Source of the DNA: Mobula hypostoma
Taxonomy: Eukaryota
Length of the DNA: 64,000 bases
Assembly (NCBI RefSeq): GCF_963921235.1
Contig: NC_086108.1
Coordinates: 43,836,001 to 43,900,000, forward strand
Direction: 5' to 3'
The notes under the pieces were generated by a model that was not told the DNA's origin, searched no databases, and worked only from the letters and a program-made list of their open reading frames with translations. This document shows positions 1 to 13,119 of the stretch, piece by piece; the first letter of the stretch is position 1, and the number at the start of each line of letters is the position of its first letter. Both the position numbers and the translations under genes were made by a program.

Positions 1-1315
1 TCCAACTTCCACTACCCTGCCCTCAAATTTACCTGGTCCATTTCTGACTCCTCCTTTCCCTTTCTTGATCTCACTGTCTCTATCTCTGGAGGCAGCTTAT
101 CTACTGATGTCTATTATAAACCCATGGACTCTCGTAGATTCCTGGATTAAACCTCTTCCCACACCGTTACTTGTAAAAACACCATCTCCTTCTCTCAATT
201 CCTCTGTCTCTGCCACATCTGCTCTTAGGATGAGGTTTTTCATTCCAGAATGAAGGAGATGTCTTCCTCCACTATCAATACTGCCCAAAACCACATTTCT
301 TCCATTTCACGCACATCTGCTCTTAACCCACCCTCCCACTACCCTACCAAGGATAGGGCTTCTCTTGTCCTCAACTACCACCCCACCAGCCTCCGCATCT
401 AGCACATTAATTCTCTGGAACTTCTGCCACGTCCAACGAGATCCCACCACCAAGCACATCTTTCCCTCACCCCAACTTTCTGCTTTCTGCAAGGATTGCT
501 CCCTATGCAACTCCCTTGATCATTAATTCTCCCCTTATCCTTGCAAGTGGAACAAGTGCTACACCTGCCCCTATACCTCCTCCCTCACTACCATTCAGGG
601 CCCCAAACAGTCCTTCCAGGTGAGGCGACACTTCACCTGTGAGTCTGTTGGGGCCATGTACTGTGTCCAGTGCTCCCACTATGGCCTCCTGTATATCAGC
701 GAGACCCGATGTAGATTGGGAGACTGCTTCACCAAGTACCTATGCTCCGTCCGCCAGATGAAGTAGGATCTGCCAGTGGCCACCCACTTTAATTCCACTT
801 CCCATTCCCATTCTGATATGTCCATCCATGGCCTCCTCCACTGCTGCGATAAGGCCACACTCATGTTGGAGGAACAATACCTTATATTCCATCTGGGTAG
901 CCTCCAACCTGATGGCATGAACATTGATTTCTTGAACTTCTGTTAATGCACCCCCCCACCACTCCCATCCCCTCTTTTCCCTATCTCAACTTGTCTCCTT
1001 GCTGTCCATTGCCTCCCTCTGGTGCTCCTTCCCCCCCTTTTCTTTGTTCCATGGCCTCTGTCCTCTCCTATCGGACTCCCCATTCTGCAGCCCTTTATCT
1101 CTTTCACCAATCAACTTCCCAGCTCTTAACTTCATTCTCTCCCCCCTTCTGGTTTCAAGTATCACCTTCTGTTTCTCTCTCACCTCCCCCCACCTTTTAA
1201 ATCTAACTCCTCATCTTTTTTTCTCCAGTTCTGCCAAAGGGTCTCAGCCCGAAACGTCCACTGTACTTTTTCCCATTGATGCAGCCTTGTCTGCTGAGTT
1301 CCTCCAGCATTTTGT
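1..1315 (+). mobile_element. Penelope-like element (Neptune-type), decayed 3' part: RT C-terminus, GIY-YIG endonuclease and terminal region
   Basis: Colinear with 51005-52390 (e.g. tccaactt..ccctgccctcaa.tttacctggtccatttctgac; ggatctgccagtggccacccactttaattccac). Contains stops and frameshifts. Degenerate hammerhead at ~1226-1264. Confidence 0.9.
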
Positions 1316-1319
1316 AGGA

Positions 1320-1945
1320 GTACAAGTGTACCACTCATTGAAAGTGGCATTCTAGGTCAGCTGGTTGAGATATTAAGTTGCAGCTGTATAAATTGCTGGG
1401 GAGTCCGCACTTGGAATACTGCAGACAATATTGGTTGTCCTGTTAAAGAAAAGACATGGATTAACTGGAAAGGGTACAGAAAAGATTTAAGAGGATGTTT
1501 TCTCAGGTAGAGGACCTGAGTTATACGGCAAGGTTGGCCAGGTTAGGTCTTTATCCCTTGGAATGACGGAAAATAAAGGGAGACCTCTTGGAAATGATTA
1601 AAATTATGAGAGGCATAGAAAAGGTGGACGATAACAGTCTTTTCCCAGGTTAGGGAATCCAATTTGGGCAGAGGTTTAAGGTGAGAAGGGAGAGATTTAA
1701 TAAGGATCTGAGGGACAACTTTTTCCACTCAGAGGGTCGTGAGTATATGGAATCAGCTGTCAGAGGAAGTGGTTGAGGCTGATACAATAGTATCATTTAA
1801 AAGCACTTAGATGGGTACATGGAGGGAGGGGCCAGGAGGAATACAGGCCAAATGCAGGAAATTGGGACTAAATGGATGGGCATCATGGTTGGCATAGGCT
1901 TGTTGAGCCAAAGGGCTTGTATCCATGCTATATTTCTCTATGATT
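1320..1945 (+). mobile_element. CR1 LINE 3' fragment, decayed
   Basis: Homologous to the 3' end of the CR1 at 21595-24520 (ttttccactcagagggtcgtgagtatatggaat; ggagacctcttggaaatg). Confidence 0.85.
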
Positions 1946-2103
1946 TCAATGAAATATTTATTCACCTTCCACTTTCATTTTAGGCCATCTGCCATACAGT
2001 ATATATCACTTAATGTCTTATGGTGAAAGTATTCTTCAAAGACTAAGTACCTCGGTTTACTGGATCCAGTAAACCAAGGGAGAAAATAAAAGAAAAGTCC
2101 CAC

Positions 2104-2224
2104 CAAGTAAGCATAATGTGTGAACTCCGTTCTGTCGGTTCCTCTTTATTTTGTCGTAGAAGCTTTCAGGTTTCCATGTCTCTGTCCAGAATACAAAGGA
2201 TACAGTTTCGCCAAAATTGTACAA
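2104..2224 (-). CDS. DPH5: DPH5 internal coding exon (121 nt), next after the 52449-52557 exon
   Basis: Minus strand reads gtttttccctag|TTG TAC AAT TTT GGC...TTA CTT G|gtggga. It translates as [40 protein letters not shown](D), continuing directly from ...GCCGLQ as in vertebrate DPH5 ([25 protein letters not shown]...HTLCLLD). Confidence 0.97.
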
Positions 2225-2526
2225 CTAGGGAAAAACAAACAAATAAATCAATCAATATGTCACCACTATTTACGTGGATCCATCTCTGATTTTAATATTG
2301 ACACACAAAAGTTTTATATTTGATGAATTTCAATCCAAATCACTTATTTTTCCATTTCCTTTTAAAGATGCTGCCTGACCATTAGTTACTCCAGATTCCA
2401 ACATCTGCAGTCTCTTAAATGCTTCGACAAATTGTACAGACCTGTTTTGGGCACTATGATCGCAGAGTGGCACACAGGTCTGCCAGAGTCCTGTGATCGT
2501 TGCTGAGCTTGTTACCCTATTCTAGG

Positions 2527-2606
2527 CAAGGGTTCCCAATCTGGGGTCCATGGACCCCTTGCGTAATGGTATTGGTCCACGGCATAAAAAAGATTGGTAA
2601 CCCCTG
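2527..2606. mobile_element. Small hAT/Charlie-type MITE
   Basis: Imperfect TIRs CAAGGGTTCCCAATCT...AGATTGGTAACCCCTG, internal palindrome ggggtccatggacccc, and ctag-containing flanks. Confidence 0.6.
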
Positions 2607-2686
2607 TCCTAGAGGAATCAATGGACTAAGGAGAATTGTGTAGTCACAAAGGAGAGGAGTGAAAAACAGCTTACATTTCTTCTAAA

Positions 2687-2920
2687 AGCAACACACACCA
2701 AGTGCTGGAGGAACTCAGCATCTATGGAAATGAATTTTTGGACCAAGATTCTTGCTTTCGTCAGGACTGGAAAGGAAGGGGGAAGAAGCCAGAATAAGAA
2801 GGTGGTAAGAGGGGAAGGAGTACAAGCTAAAAGGTGACAGGTGAGGCCAGGTAGGTGGGGGAGCAAATAAGAAGCAGGGAGGTGATAGATGGAAAATGTA
2901 AAGGTCTGGAGAAGGATAAA
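2687..2920 (-). mobile_element. PLE terminal-repeat fragment
   Basis: gcaacacacacc..tgctggaggaactcagcatctatgg...tcgtcaggactgg is the reverse complement of the PLE terminus. Confidence 0.75.
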
Positions 2921-4654
2921 TTTTCAATGACTTAGAATCACACTGCACAAGAGGCCATTGAATGAATTTTTGAATTAGAACTAATATTCCTTTTTTCCTA
3001 TTCCACTCTGTTTATAATAGCAGATTCAGAAGAGGGAATACGATTTTCAATGTAACTATTTGTTCTGTCAAATGAAAGTGTTTGCAAAGAAGGGTGTACA
3101 GTGGAAACAGGGCAAAGAGTCTGCTTCCTAGTCCAGCACTCCAGATCTTGTAAAGGTCATACCATATCTACATTAGCATCTTATTTTTTTATTGGTAACA
3201 CCATACCTTAAAGACTCAAGATTCTACACCACTTTTAAGTATGATTCTTATGTTGTTACTGAGTATGTAACATGCAGCAAAGATTCACAATATAGCATCA
3301 ACATCAAGATACAAGCCAGATTTGCATAAAATATTTTCAGGATATTACAAGTAATAACACAGTGTCTGTCTTAATGCAAACCACAATACTGCTGCACTGA
3401 AAATAAAGTAAATGAGACAAACCAAATATATGACGTTCCCTTGGGTAAATCTCCGTAATTCAAAGTGGACCAATTTTAGGATTCACATCTGTAAAATCAG
3501 AGCAGGACCTTTGCATATTTGAAATCTAAAAAGGCATCACTAAAAAGTGATAAAACTACTCACCAACAATTACTATCATGACATTTCTGAATTTAATTTT
3601 ACATAGTGTTTGCCCCACAGCTCTTCCAATGATGATGCAATCCATACCCTGAGCTGAGTTCAATGGTAATTCAGCTGTGGAGGCTTTATTAGCCTTATTA
3701 AAGCAGGTATGCTCTTAAACCATTGCATATGTGCTTAGTGCCATATAAAACTTCCAAAAGGTTCCACATTTGATTCTTTATGTTGGAGGACAAGCTGAAT
3801 TGCAGATAGAACAGGACTTGGGGTGAATGGCAGGAGGCAGAGAAAAGAGTTGAACCATTGGCAAATCAACTATGTCTTTTGTTTTAATTATTATCCAATG
3901 ATTTTTTTTCTAAACAGTTGAATGTTAGAAGCCCAAATTGTGCATGACTGTAATATCCGTAATATCCTCTCCAAAGCACATTAATGAATAAAGAATTGTT
4001 ATTTGAGTGAAAAAGTCAAAGATGCCAAAAGCTACAAACTAACATTTCAGTTAGAACCAATACCTCTTCAGAAGCAAATATCTGAACATAATATCACACA
4101 ACATCTGGTTGCTCTTCAGTCACAGGGCATAGCTTTATCACTATTACACCACTGGAGCACTCAGCTGTACAGAGGATATCGTACAATTTTTGCATTCAAA
4201 AATATATAGTTTTGTGGAAGTTTCAAGTTGCATATCCATGCTCCAGTGATCACATATGCAAATCTCTGTCTAAAGCAGATTTTAAAAATAATTTAAAAAA
4301 ATTAATGACGTACTTTTTCAGTCTACAAAATACCTCAACAAAAAAATGCTTTTAATGAACAGGACACAAACTGAATTAAAGAAAACACAGCTTTTACAAC
4401 TCAACAACACAGTTTCTAAGCCAACAAAAGCATATGAAACAGAAGCAGAAGTAGGCCTTTTGGACCCTTGTTCCTACTCTGCCATAAATATGGGCAGTAG
4501 ATTCAATCGCTTGGAAAAGTATGAATAAAATAAAAAAATAGTGACTGCAGACGTTTCCAGAATAAAGAGTAAGACAAAAAATTAGAAAGGGACAAGAACT
4601 AAGAGTTTAATTTCAAGCAAAATGGAGACAAAATTGAGAAGGGTGATGTATGCA

Positions 4655-5510
4655 GGAATGAAGATGTTATATCTGAATGCATGCAGAGTACAAAATAAGA
4701 GAGATAATCTTGTAGCATTGTTAGAAATTGGCAGGTATGACATTGGCATCATAGAGTCATAGTTGAAGGAAGATCACAGCTGCAAACTTGACATCCAAGG
4801 ATACACATCATATTGCTAGGACATGCAGGTGAGCAGAAGGGGTGGGGTGGCACAGTTGGTAAAAATGAATTCAAATCCTTAGAAAGAAGTGACTTAGGAT
4901 CAGAAGATGTAGAACCCTTGTAGGTTGAGTTAAGAAACTGCAAGGATAAAAAGATCTTGATGGAAGTTATATACAGGCCTCCGAACAGTAGCCAGATGTG
5001 GATACAAATTACAACGCGAAACAGAAAAGGCATGTTAAAGGGAGATTGTTACGATAGTCTTGGGGGTTTTCAATATGCAGCAGATTGGAAAAATCAGCTT
5101 TCTGGCCAAGTTTGTGGATGATGCAAAGATAGATGGAGGGGCAGGTAATGTTGAGGAAGTAGGGAGTCTGCGGAAGGACTTGTATGGATTAGGAGAATAG
5201 TCAAAGAAGTGCCAAATGGAATACAGTGTAACCAATTGTATGGTTATGCACAAACAAAAAGTGTAGACAAATTCTAAAGAGCTCAGAAATCAGAGGTGCA
5301 AAGGAACTTGGGAGTCCTAGCATAGGGTTTCCTAAAGGCTACCTTGCAGATTGTGTCGGTTGTAAGGAAGGCAAATGCAATGTTAGCTTTCAATATGAGA
5401 AGACAAGAGTATAAAAGCAATGATGTAATGCTGAGGCTTTATAAGGCATTGGTCAGATCACATATAGAGTACTGTGAGTCATTTTGGGCTCCATCTGTAA
5501 GAAAGGATGT
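4655..5510 (+). mobile_element. Old CR1 LINE remnant (endonuclease and RT pieces)
   Basis: tatctgaatgcatgcag resembles YLNARSI. gccaagtttgtggatgatgcaaagat resembles KFADDTK. Heavily decayed. Confidence 0.75.
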
Positions 5511-5569
5511 GTTATAATACATTGCACTCAATTGCACTTCAACTTATTTAATAATCTCTTCAGTGACAC

Positions 5570-6480
5570 CTTTGTGTAGGATTTCTAAAAATCAAAATAT
5601 TCAAAGTTATAGCTTTACCCTTATCTGTTCAGTTGGTTGCAATCTCAAAAATTCCAACAAATTAGTCTGACATGATTTCCCTTTCATAAATAGACATTCA
5701 CTCTGGCAAATCTTTCATTATTTTCTAAATGTGCTACTACCACTTCCTTAATGATAGATTCCAGAAATGTTTACTACTGTTGATGCCAGGCTGACTGGTC
5801 CATAATTTACCATTTTCTCAGTTACTACCTTCCAATCTATGAGAACAGTTCTAGAATGTGTGGAATTTTGGAAGATGACGACCAATACATTCATTATCTC
5901 CAGAGGCAATCACTTCAAAAACCTAGACATTTGATTATCAGGTACATAAGTCTTTTAATAGCATTAATTTCACCAAAACCATACTTCTAAAAATAACTAT
6001 CATTTCTTTCAGTCTTTTATTTAGTTGGGATCTTCTGATTCTAATACTTCCCGCAGCTCTTCTGTGAGACACACCAACTATTTGCTTTATTTCTCTATCA
6101 CTTCCTTATTCCGCAGTGTAGTTTCTTTTCTCTCTTTGTAGGGGACCTACTTTAACCCCAACATTTTTTCTAACAAAAGCTTTTGTAGTCTGATGTTTGC
6201 ACTTCTCACAGGGTTATTCTTACATTCCACCTTACTTTTCTTATTCAATTTCTTGAGCAATTTTGTTGAATTTCAAAATGTTCCCAATCCACAGGTTCAC
6301 TGGCCTTTTGAGAACTCTAGAAACCTTCTGATTTGGCCCACTACTATCTTTAAATCCTCTTCTTTGTCCTGGCTACCCTGTAATTTTGCTTTTGTGCTTT
6401 AAAGGGATATACTTATTGAAAACTATGTATTATTTCTTTAAGGATTAATGATTACTTCTTTACTGTCATAACTTTTAACG
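5570..6480 (-). mobile_element. Old CR1 LINE remnant
   Basis: Reverse complement of CR1 motifs (ggctgactggtccataattt ~ NYRPVSL; gacatgatttccctttcataaa ~ HGFMKGKSC). Confidence 0.65.
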
Positions 6481-6858
6481 TACTTTGATTAAATACAACA
6501 GCTCAATTTCAGTTTAAATTATGTTCAATCTTTATAATTGACTGCAAATGACACATTTTTGAACTTTATAGTGAAACAAGATTGCAAAGTGCACTTCAGC
6601 AGCAGAATAAATTGTTTATATGGACAATGTTATAATTATAGGTAATAGTAATATAAAACATTTATTGAAACAAAATTTCTCAAAGCCTTTATGGAGCAAT
6701 TTTCAAGTTGTGGAAGTAACTTTTTGAACAAAGCACTAAACTTTAGGCAGCATCGTAGAGAACAGGACAGATTAAGGGAGAAAATCATTTAATTTAGAGT
6801 CAAACAGCTAAAGGCAATATTACCAATGGTGAAGAAAATTAGGCATATCAGAAATGGA

Positions 6859-6879
6859 GTGTGTGTGTGTGTGTGTGTG
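6859..6879. repeat. (GT)n microsatellite
   Basis: About 10 GT units read directly. Confidence 0.9.
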
Positions 6880-7426
6880 GGGGGGCGGGGGGAGGGAAGG
6901 TTGTAGGGTTGCAGATATCTTAGATTCTTGTATGATAAAACACATTGCATCCTCCAATTGTTTGTGATTATTGCCATGGGAAATCCAGTATTGTATAGTT
7001 AAATGTACAGCTCATATGGAATCACAACACAGGAAGCTTCGAAAAACTTAGATCAGGAATTCCATCCTATAAAGGAAAAACAGGAATTTAAAAAAATACC
7101 AGAAGTAGCACTTTTACAAATTGTCAATTACAAACTCAACCTATGACATAGGCTTCACCAACTTCCATGACTTTTGTGTTAAGTGCATTTCCTGACTTTA
7201 AGATGAAACAGTAAGGTTAATTTAAAACAAACCCTAACAAAAACTCTATAATTTATTGGCCTAACATTAGTTTCACAATATTCAAGACAGAAATGAAGGT
7301 TCCCTATTAACTCTGCTACTTCAAGTTTTCATCAACTGATAGATACAAATTGCCAACTTTACTTCAAAACAGAGTGCTGTACCTTCATGGTAGGTGTCCT
7401 GATGGTAATCTGGCAGCACTGGGTTT

Positions 7427-8778
7427 CAGACATCCCACCTCTCTCGGAAGATCCGGGAGTCTCCCGCATATCGATAGTGGCTCACTGATGCCCGGAAATT
7501 ATATACAATATCCTGGAAATAGATTTTTTTGAGAGGGAGAGGGAGAGCAAGCATCCTGATTGGTCTCCCTTCGTGCTAAGAGTGGTCCCCAACCATTGGG
7601 CCGTGAGGAAACAATATGATTTCGCGATATGAAACGATATGAGTCATTCGCACCTTTCCTCATTCCCTGTCACGCACTGTTGAGCTCGGACGCACACGAG
7701 GTCATTACCTGCGCGTCATCCGTGTCAGTGCGGGAAGGAGATCAACTCCTCAAGCTTGTAGATGATGGCGGGCTGAAAAGTTTGTTTGACATAACATCTC
7801 TGTTGGCATTCTGGATCAAAGTCAAGGCTAAATATCCTGAGATAGCCACGAAAGCACTGAAAACGTTGCTTCCATTTCCAACATCATATCGCTGCGAAGT
7901 GGAGTTTTCTGCAATGAATGTAACGAAAACTGAATTGCGGAATAGACTGGACATAAGGAGCCCCCTTCGAGTATCGCTGTCTCCCATCATCCCTCGATAG
8001 GACCGTCTTGTTGCCGGAAGACAAGCCCAGGGCTCGCACAGATTCAGCGATATTGGTGTGTTGCAATGATTTTATATGTTCATACGGGGAAAATATGTGC
8101 TGTGTGTTTAATATCCAAACGTTACTTAAAATGTTATGATGCTACTGACTTACCACCTATATTCCGGTCGTGATTAACACCCCCCCCACCCCCGTGGTCG
8201 GCCGATCCGCAAGGATATTGTCAATATTAAACCGGTCTGCAGTGCAAAAAATGTTGGGGACCCCTGCTAAGTAGACCTATCAGTTTTCTCTGTGGGCGGG
8301 CTTTACAATCGACCTCAAAAATAATGACAGTGTTGCTCGCTGCACTGTTTGCAACAGTGACTTTTCTATTACCCATGGTGGGTTAAAATGTAAAAGACAT
8401 GTTGAAATGAGTTTAACAGGTGTCATTATAGCATAGCTAACATTATTTAAACTAGCTGGCTAGCTGCTAAGGAGCTACACTATTGATGTCCTACGTGATG
8501 AGGCCAAACTCCCTGCAGACTTGCTTAAAGTTGTAATAGAATAAACATGATAATATAATATAATATAAGCACATATTTTAATGTCACATTTGCTGCATAT
8601 ACCCAACTTGGTTTACAGATTAGACAAAATCACTAAACAAAGTATTACATACACCCTTGGAGGTCGACGGGCTGGGGGGGTGGGTGGATATGGTGTTGCG
8701 GTGGGGGGTGGGGGTGCTACCTCCCTGAAATGGTGGTAATACCTCCCTGAAATGAGTTATTGCAGGGTGGGATGTCTG
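7427..8778. mobile_element. Non-autonomous DNA transposon (hAT-like) with TIR CAGACATCCCACC
   Basis: CAGACATCCCACC at 7427 and GGTGGGATGTCTG ending at 8778. GGGTTT is duplicated on both flanks (7421-7426, 8779-8784). Confidence 0.75.
7581..8266 (+). mobile_element. hAT Charlie/Buster-type deleted element nested in the previous element
   Basis: Ends agtggtccccaacc ... gttggggacccctg. ORF 7629-8000 includes LAFWIKVKAKYPEIATKALKTLLPFPTSYRCEVEFSAM..KT..RNRL, a hAT C-terminal dimerisation domain. Confidence 0.88.
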
Positions 8779-10639
8779 GGGTTTGATAAAAGAGAAATAC
8801 TGTTAGATTCCCACTCTTGATCACTATCCAAAACTCTTAGACATCTGGTGAGAATGAAACTAAGTCAAATGATGATGCTGTATTAATAGGAATCTATGGA
8901 AGGGTGCTACCACATATAACAATTGTAACTTTACACAGTACATATCTTCAGGAAATATGAGTAGGGTATAGTAAAAAGTAGGGGAAACAAATTGCAAAGA
9001 ATTCACATTAACATTTCGGTCTGGTTGCTCATTTATTTAAAATCCACCTTCTGCAATTTCCTTCATCATTCCAGTAATATAATTCCAAACCCATTCTTAA
9101 GTATTCTTTGTCCCAGGAATTTATTGGGATCGCATCATTAGCCTGCAGAACTAATTAAAATGACTCCAACACTAAGTGTTCACAGTTAGATACAGGTTAA
9201 CTGTGCAGGAAGCTATCTCAAATCTAGATATTACAATTCAGTTATACAAATTTACCTTTGTATATAGAGGATCATTCTCAATAACTTTCATGAACTTTTT
9301 TTACAGTGCGAATTCCCAGCACCAATACAAGTTGCCTCAAAAATCAGCAACATAATCCTCAACATTGATCAGAACACACTTGATCACTCAAACTTGCAGC
9401 TTCAGTTGAGATGTCACTGCTTTATTTATCTATTAAAATACTACAGAAGTGAAACTGGAAGTGAAGCTTTGGATGTCAATATAAAAGAAATCTTAAAAAA
9501 CTCTCTCAAATCTGTTTAACTGCAGAATTACATTATGTATTGAGGCAGTTTTAATAAGCTAAAGAACATACGTGAAAAGCGAAATCCTACATTGCAGTAT
9601 GTCAATTCGCTGGAAAAAAATTCAGAAGGGTTCTGTATAATCATGAAGCAACAATTAAGACAAACTAATTTTGGGTTTTAAAACATTATAGATTACATGA
9701 GGAAAGGCAGATACCAGAAATCACACTATTCTATGTATTTATTAGGATTTTTTAAAGAAAGAAGAAATACTTTGCAGGACAGAATATTCAAGGTATTCGG
9801 ATATGCCATTTTGTTCAATTAAGCTCATAGTACAGCTGAAACAATTTCAAATCCGAATATTAAAAATCACCTAAACTTCAAATACTCACAATAATTTTCT
9901 TGCAATAATAATTACATTTAATACATTTCCACTGGTGATTCAGGTTGTTTCCAAAACCACGCATGATAAAATACTGCGGATGTTTACCAACTGTAAAACT
10001 ATCTTCCTAATGTCAACAGTAAATTTACTCTTCAGTAATTTAATGTTTACATCCTCTTCTGATAGCTTGATTTGCTTTGAACCATTAGGGTGCAGCAAGC
10101 ATCTGCATCTTTTAATATCTAATTTTGATTGAAATGAAACATTAAAAATAATCAGATTGCCAGATGAAATTGATAAACTTTAATTACTTGTTCAAGATTG
10201 TTTTAAAATCTAGAACTTCTGCACACTGAGAGAACATCATTTAATTCTGAGTTTTAGAATTACAGTACAGTTGTGAAGATCTAATGAACACAAGTGAGCC
10301 AGCACAACTGTGCCACAAGGGACTGACCTATCCAACCTTTTTCAGGAGTATGAGGTCTCTTGTTCCAAAAAGCTAAAGATCAGTAGTGGTGATATGTTAT
10401 CAGTGACTTAAACCACTCTAATAACTAAATGTGTCCTATGGTTGTTCAAGCAATGTGCAGGAACTCAAATAGTGGAAACATTATTAAAAATATGGCTGAG
10501 GTCAGCACATATTTGAAGTTGTTTGCTAATAAGAAAGAATGGGAGAAGCAACAGGCACTATGAAACCTCTGATTTAAGTCAAATAAGCCAGTTGATGAGT
10601 AACTAACTCAGAGCAGTCAATCAAAGAGTCTCAGCAATA

Positions 10640-11618
10640 CAGGTGTCCCCCGCTTTTCGAACGTTCGCCTTACGAAACCTCGCTATTATGAAAGACCTAC
10701 ATTAGTTACCTGTTTTCGCCAACAGAACGTGTTTTCACTGTTATGAAAAAAGGCAGCATGCAAAAAAAGCAGCGCATGATAAAAGGCAGCGCGTGCCCCG
10801 AGCAGCCAAGCTCCTCCCCTGGAATGGCATTCGAGCCGGCATTGTTTAAACACGTGCCTGTGAGCAGCCATTTGCAAGATGAATTCTAAGGTATCGGAAA
10901 AGCCTAAAAGAGCTTTTAAGGGTGTTACACTTAGCGTAAAATTAGACATAATTAAGTGTTTCGATCGTGGTGAATGAAGTAAGGACGAAGTGAGTTTGGC
11001 TTGTGGAAGCTGACGAAGATGATGTTGAAGAGGTTTTGGTATCCCATGACCAAGAACTGATGGACGAAGAGCTGATGCAATTGGAAGAGGAAAGAATAAC
11101 AATCGAAACCGAATGCAGTAGCGAACAGACCGAAAGTGAAGTCTCCAGGAACTGAACGTGAAGCAACTGCGTGAGATTTTCGCTGCAATAATTGCAGAAA
11201 AGTACAACTTTAATTTTGAAAGGGTACGTCGGTTCAGGGCATATTTGCAAGATGGTTTGAGTGCTTACAAAGAACTGTATGATAGAAAAATGCACGAGGC
11301 TAAGCAGTCAAGCATACTGTCGTATTTCAAGCCTTCCACATCAGCCACAGCAGACGACAAACCTCGACCTTCGACATCGAGGCAGGCAGACATAGAAGAA
11401 GATGACCTGCCTGCCCTGATGGAAACAGACGACAATGAGATGACACCCCAGTGTCCCACCACCCCAACCCCTGGGCCGCAGACCGATACATTGCCACGGA
11501 GAATGCAACGGTAGCCAGGACGCACCCAGCACATCTTTAAGAAAAAAAGCTGAAATAAACAAGCTAATTAATTAGGTGCCGCCCGGCACGTAAATGTCAA
11601 TCCAGATCAGAGGTGGTG
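10640..11618 (+). mobile_element. Tigger/pogo-type non-autonomous DNA transposon, truncated
   Basis: TA|CAGGTGTCCCCCGCTTTTCGAACG terminus. Transposase remnants resemble DDVEEVL.SH.QEL..EEL and YKELYD.K...KQSSILSYFK. Same family as 26255-27802. Confidence 0.85.
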
Positions 11619-11726
11619 CTAATTAAATATTAAAGAAAATATTTCTTATTGTAACAATAATTTTTTTATGTATTGCACTGTACTGCTGCTGAGAAACAAT
11701 AAATTTTATGACATACGCAACATAAA

Positions 11727-12630
11727 CACGAAAAAGTCTGCAGATGATGGAAATCCAAAGCAACACACATGAAATGCTGGAGGAACTCAGCATGTCAGGC
11801 AGCATCTATGGAAATGAATAGACAGCTGATGTTTTGGGCTGAGACCCTTCTTCAGGACTGGGAAGGGAGGAGGAAGACACCAGAATAAAAAGGTGAGAGG
11901 AGGGAAGGAGGCTAGCTGGAAAGTGATAGGTGAAGCCAGGCGGGTGGGAAAGGTCAAGGGCTGGAGAAAAAGGAATCTCTTAGGAGAGGAGAGTGGACCA
12001 TAGGAGAAAGGGAAGGAGGGGGAGCTCAGGGGGAAGTGAGAACAGGTGAAAGGTCAGAGTGAGGGAGTGGAGAATAAAGGGGGGGGGGATTTTTTTTTAA
12101 GGTAAGGAGGAATAAATATTTATGTCATCATTTTGGAGGCTACCAGACAGAATATAAAGGGTTGCTCCTCCACCCTGAGGGTGGCATCAGCTTGGCACAA
12201 GAAGCCTTGGACTGACATATCAGAATGTAAATGGGAATCGGAATTAAGATACTTGGCCATCGGGATATTCTGCTTGTGGCAGGTGGAGTGGAGGTGCTTG
12301 CCGAAGCACTCCCCCATTTTACAAAGAGTTTCACTAATGTAGAGGAGGCCGCATCAGAAACACTGGACACAATAGATATCCCCAGCAGATCTGCAGGGCT
12401 AAGTGTTGCCTCACCTGGAAGGACTGTTTGGTGCCCTGAATAGAGGTGAGGGAGGAGATGAATGTGCAGGTGTAACACTTGCAGCGATAACTGCTGGGAG
12501 GAAGATTTGTGGGGAGGAATGAATGGACAAGGGAACTGCAGAGGGAATGATCCCTGCAGAAAGCAGAGGAGGAGGGAAGGTAAAGATATGTTTAGTGGTA
12601 GGATACCTTTGGAGATGGTGGAAGATGCGA
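11727..12630 (-). mobile_element. PLE 3' fragment (GIY-YIG and terminus), decayed
   Basis: Reverse complement of the PLE end. Minus-strand ORF 12120-12317 contains SHLHSDMSVQG..C...ATLRVEEQ..IF.L. Confidence 0.85.
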
Positions 12631-13119
12631 AGGCTTATGGGGTGGTATCACTGACATCTGTCAGCAATAATAAACTTGATTCTGATTCTAAAAGCAATCA
12701 CATAAGCTAACCTGCAGTTTGCATTAAAAAAATTAAATGTATATAAAAGTGTATTTCACTTTTGACAGTAATGGCAAAGCAAGCCCTGTTTTTGGAATGA
12801 GGTCACACAACTTTCCCCCAGATAAAATACTTAGCATGGCATTTCAAAATTTCCTCTAGGCTGGGGGTAGAATACCCACAATCAAGGGATAATCTGACAC
12901 AATAACGATAGCAAGTAAAACTGCCCTTATATACACATGTCAGACAGCATCTGTGGAGAAGAGAATAGATTTAATGTTTCAGGTTGATGATAACTGTTTT
13001 CATCTCAGATTTCCAGCATTTCCAGTTTTCTTTTGCTATTCATGGCAGCTCAGCAGTCCATCACTGGGCTTTTAAGATACAAGGAAACAGCTGTGAAAAG
13101 AGACGTGTTGAAATATTAT

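Noticed and set aside
9890..10118. AG/GT-bounded 229-nt minus-strand segment beginning ILKDAD, a peptide also found in the upstream part of DPH5
   Set aside because: The match is only six residues and the flanking residues do not fit DPH5. All three frames hit stops, the pyrimidine tract is weak, and the position is out of exon order. Most likely chance.
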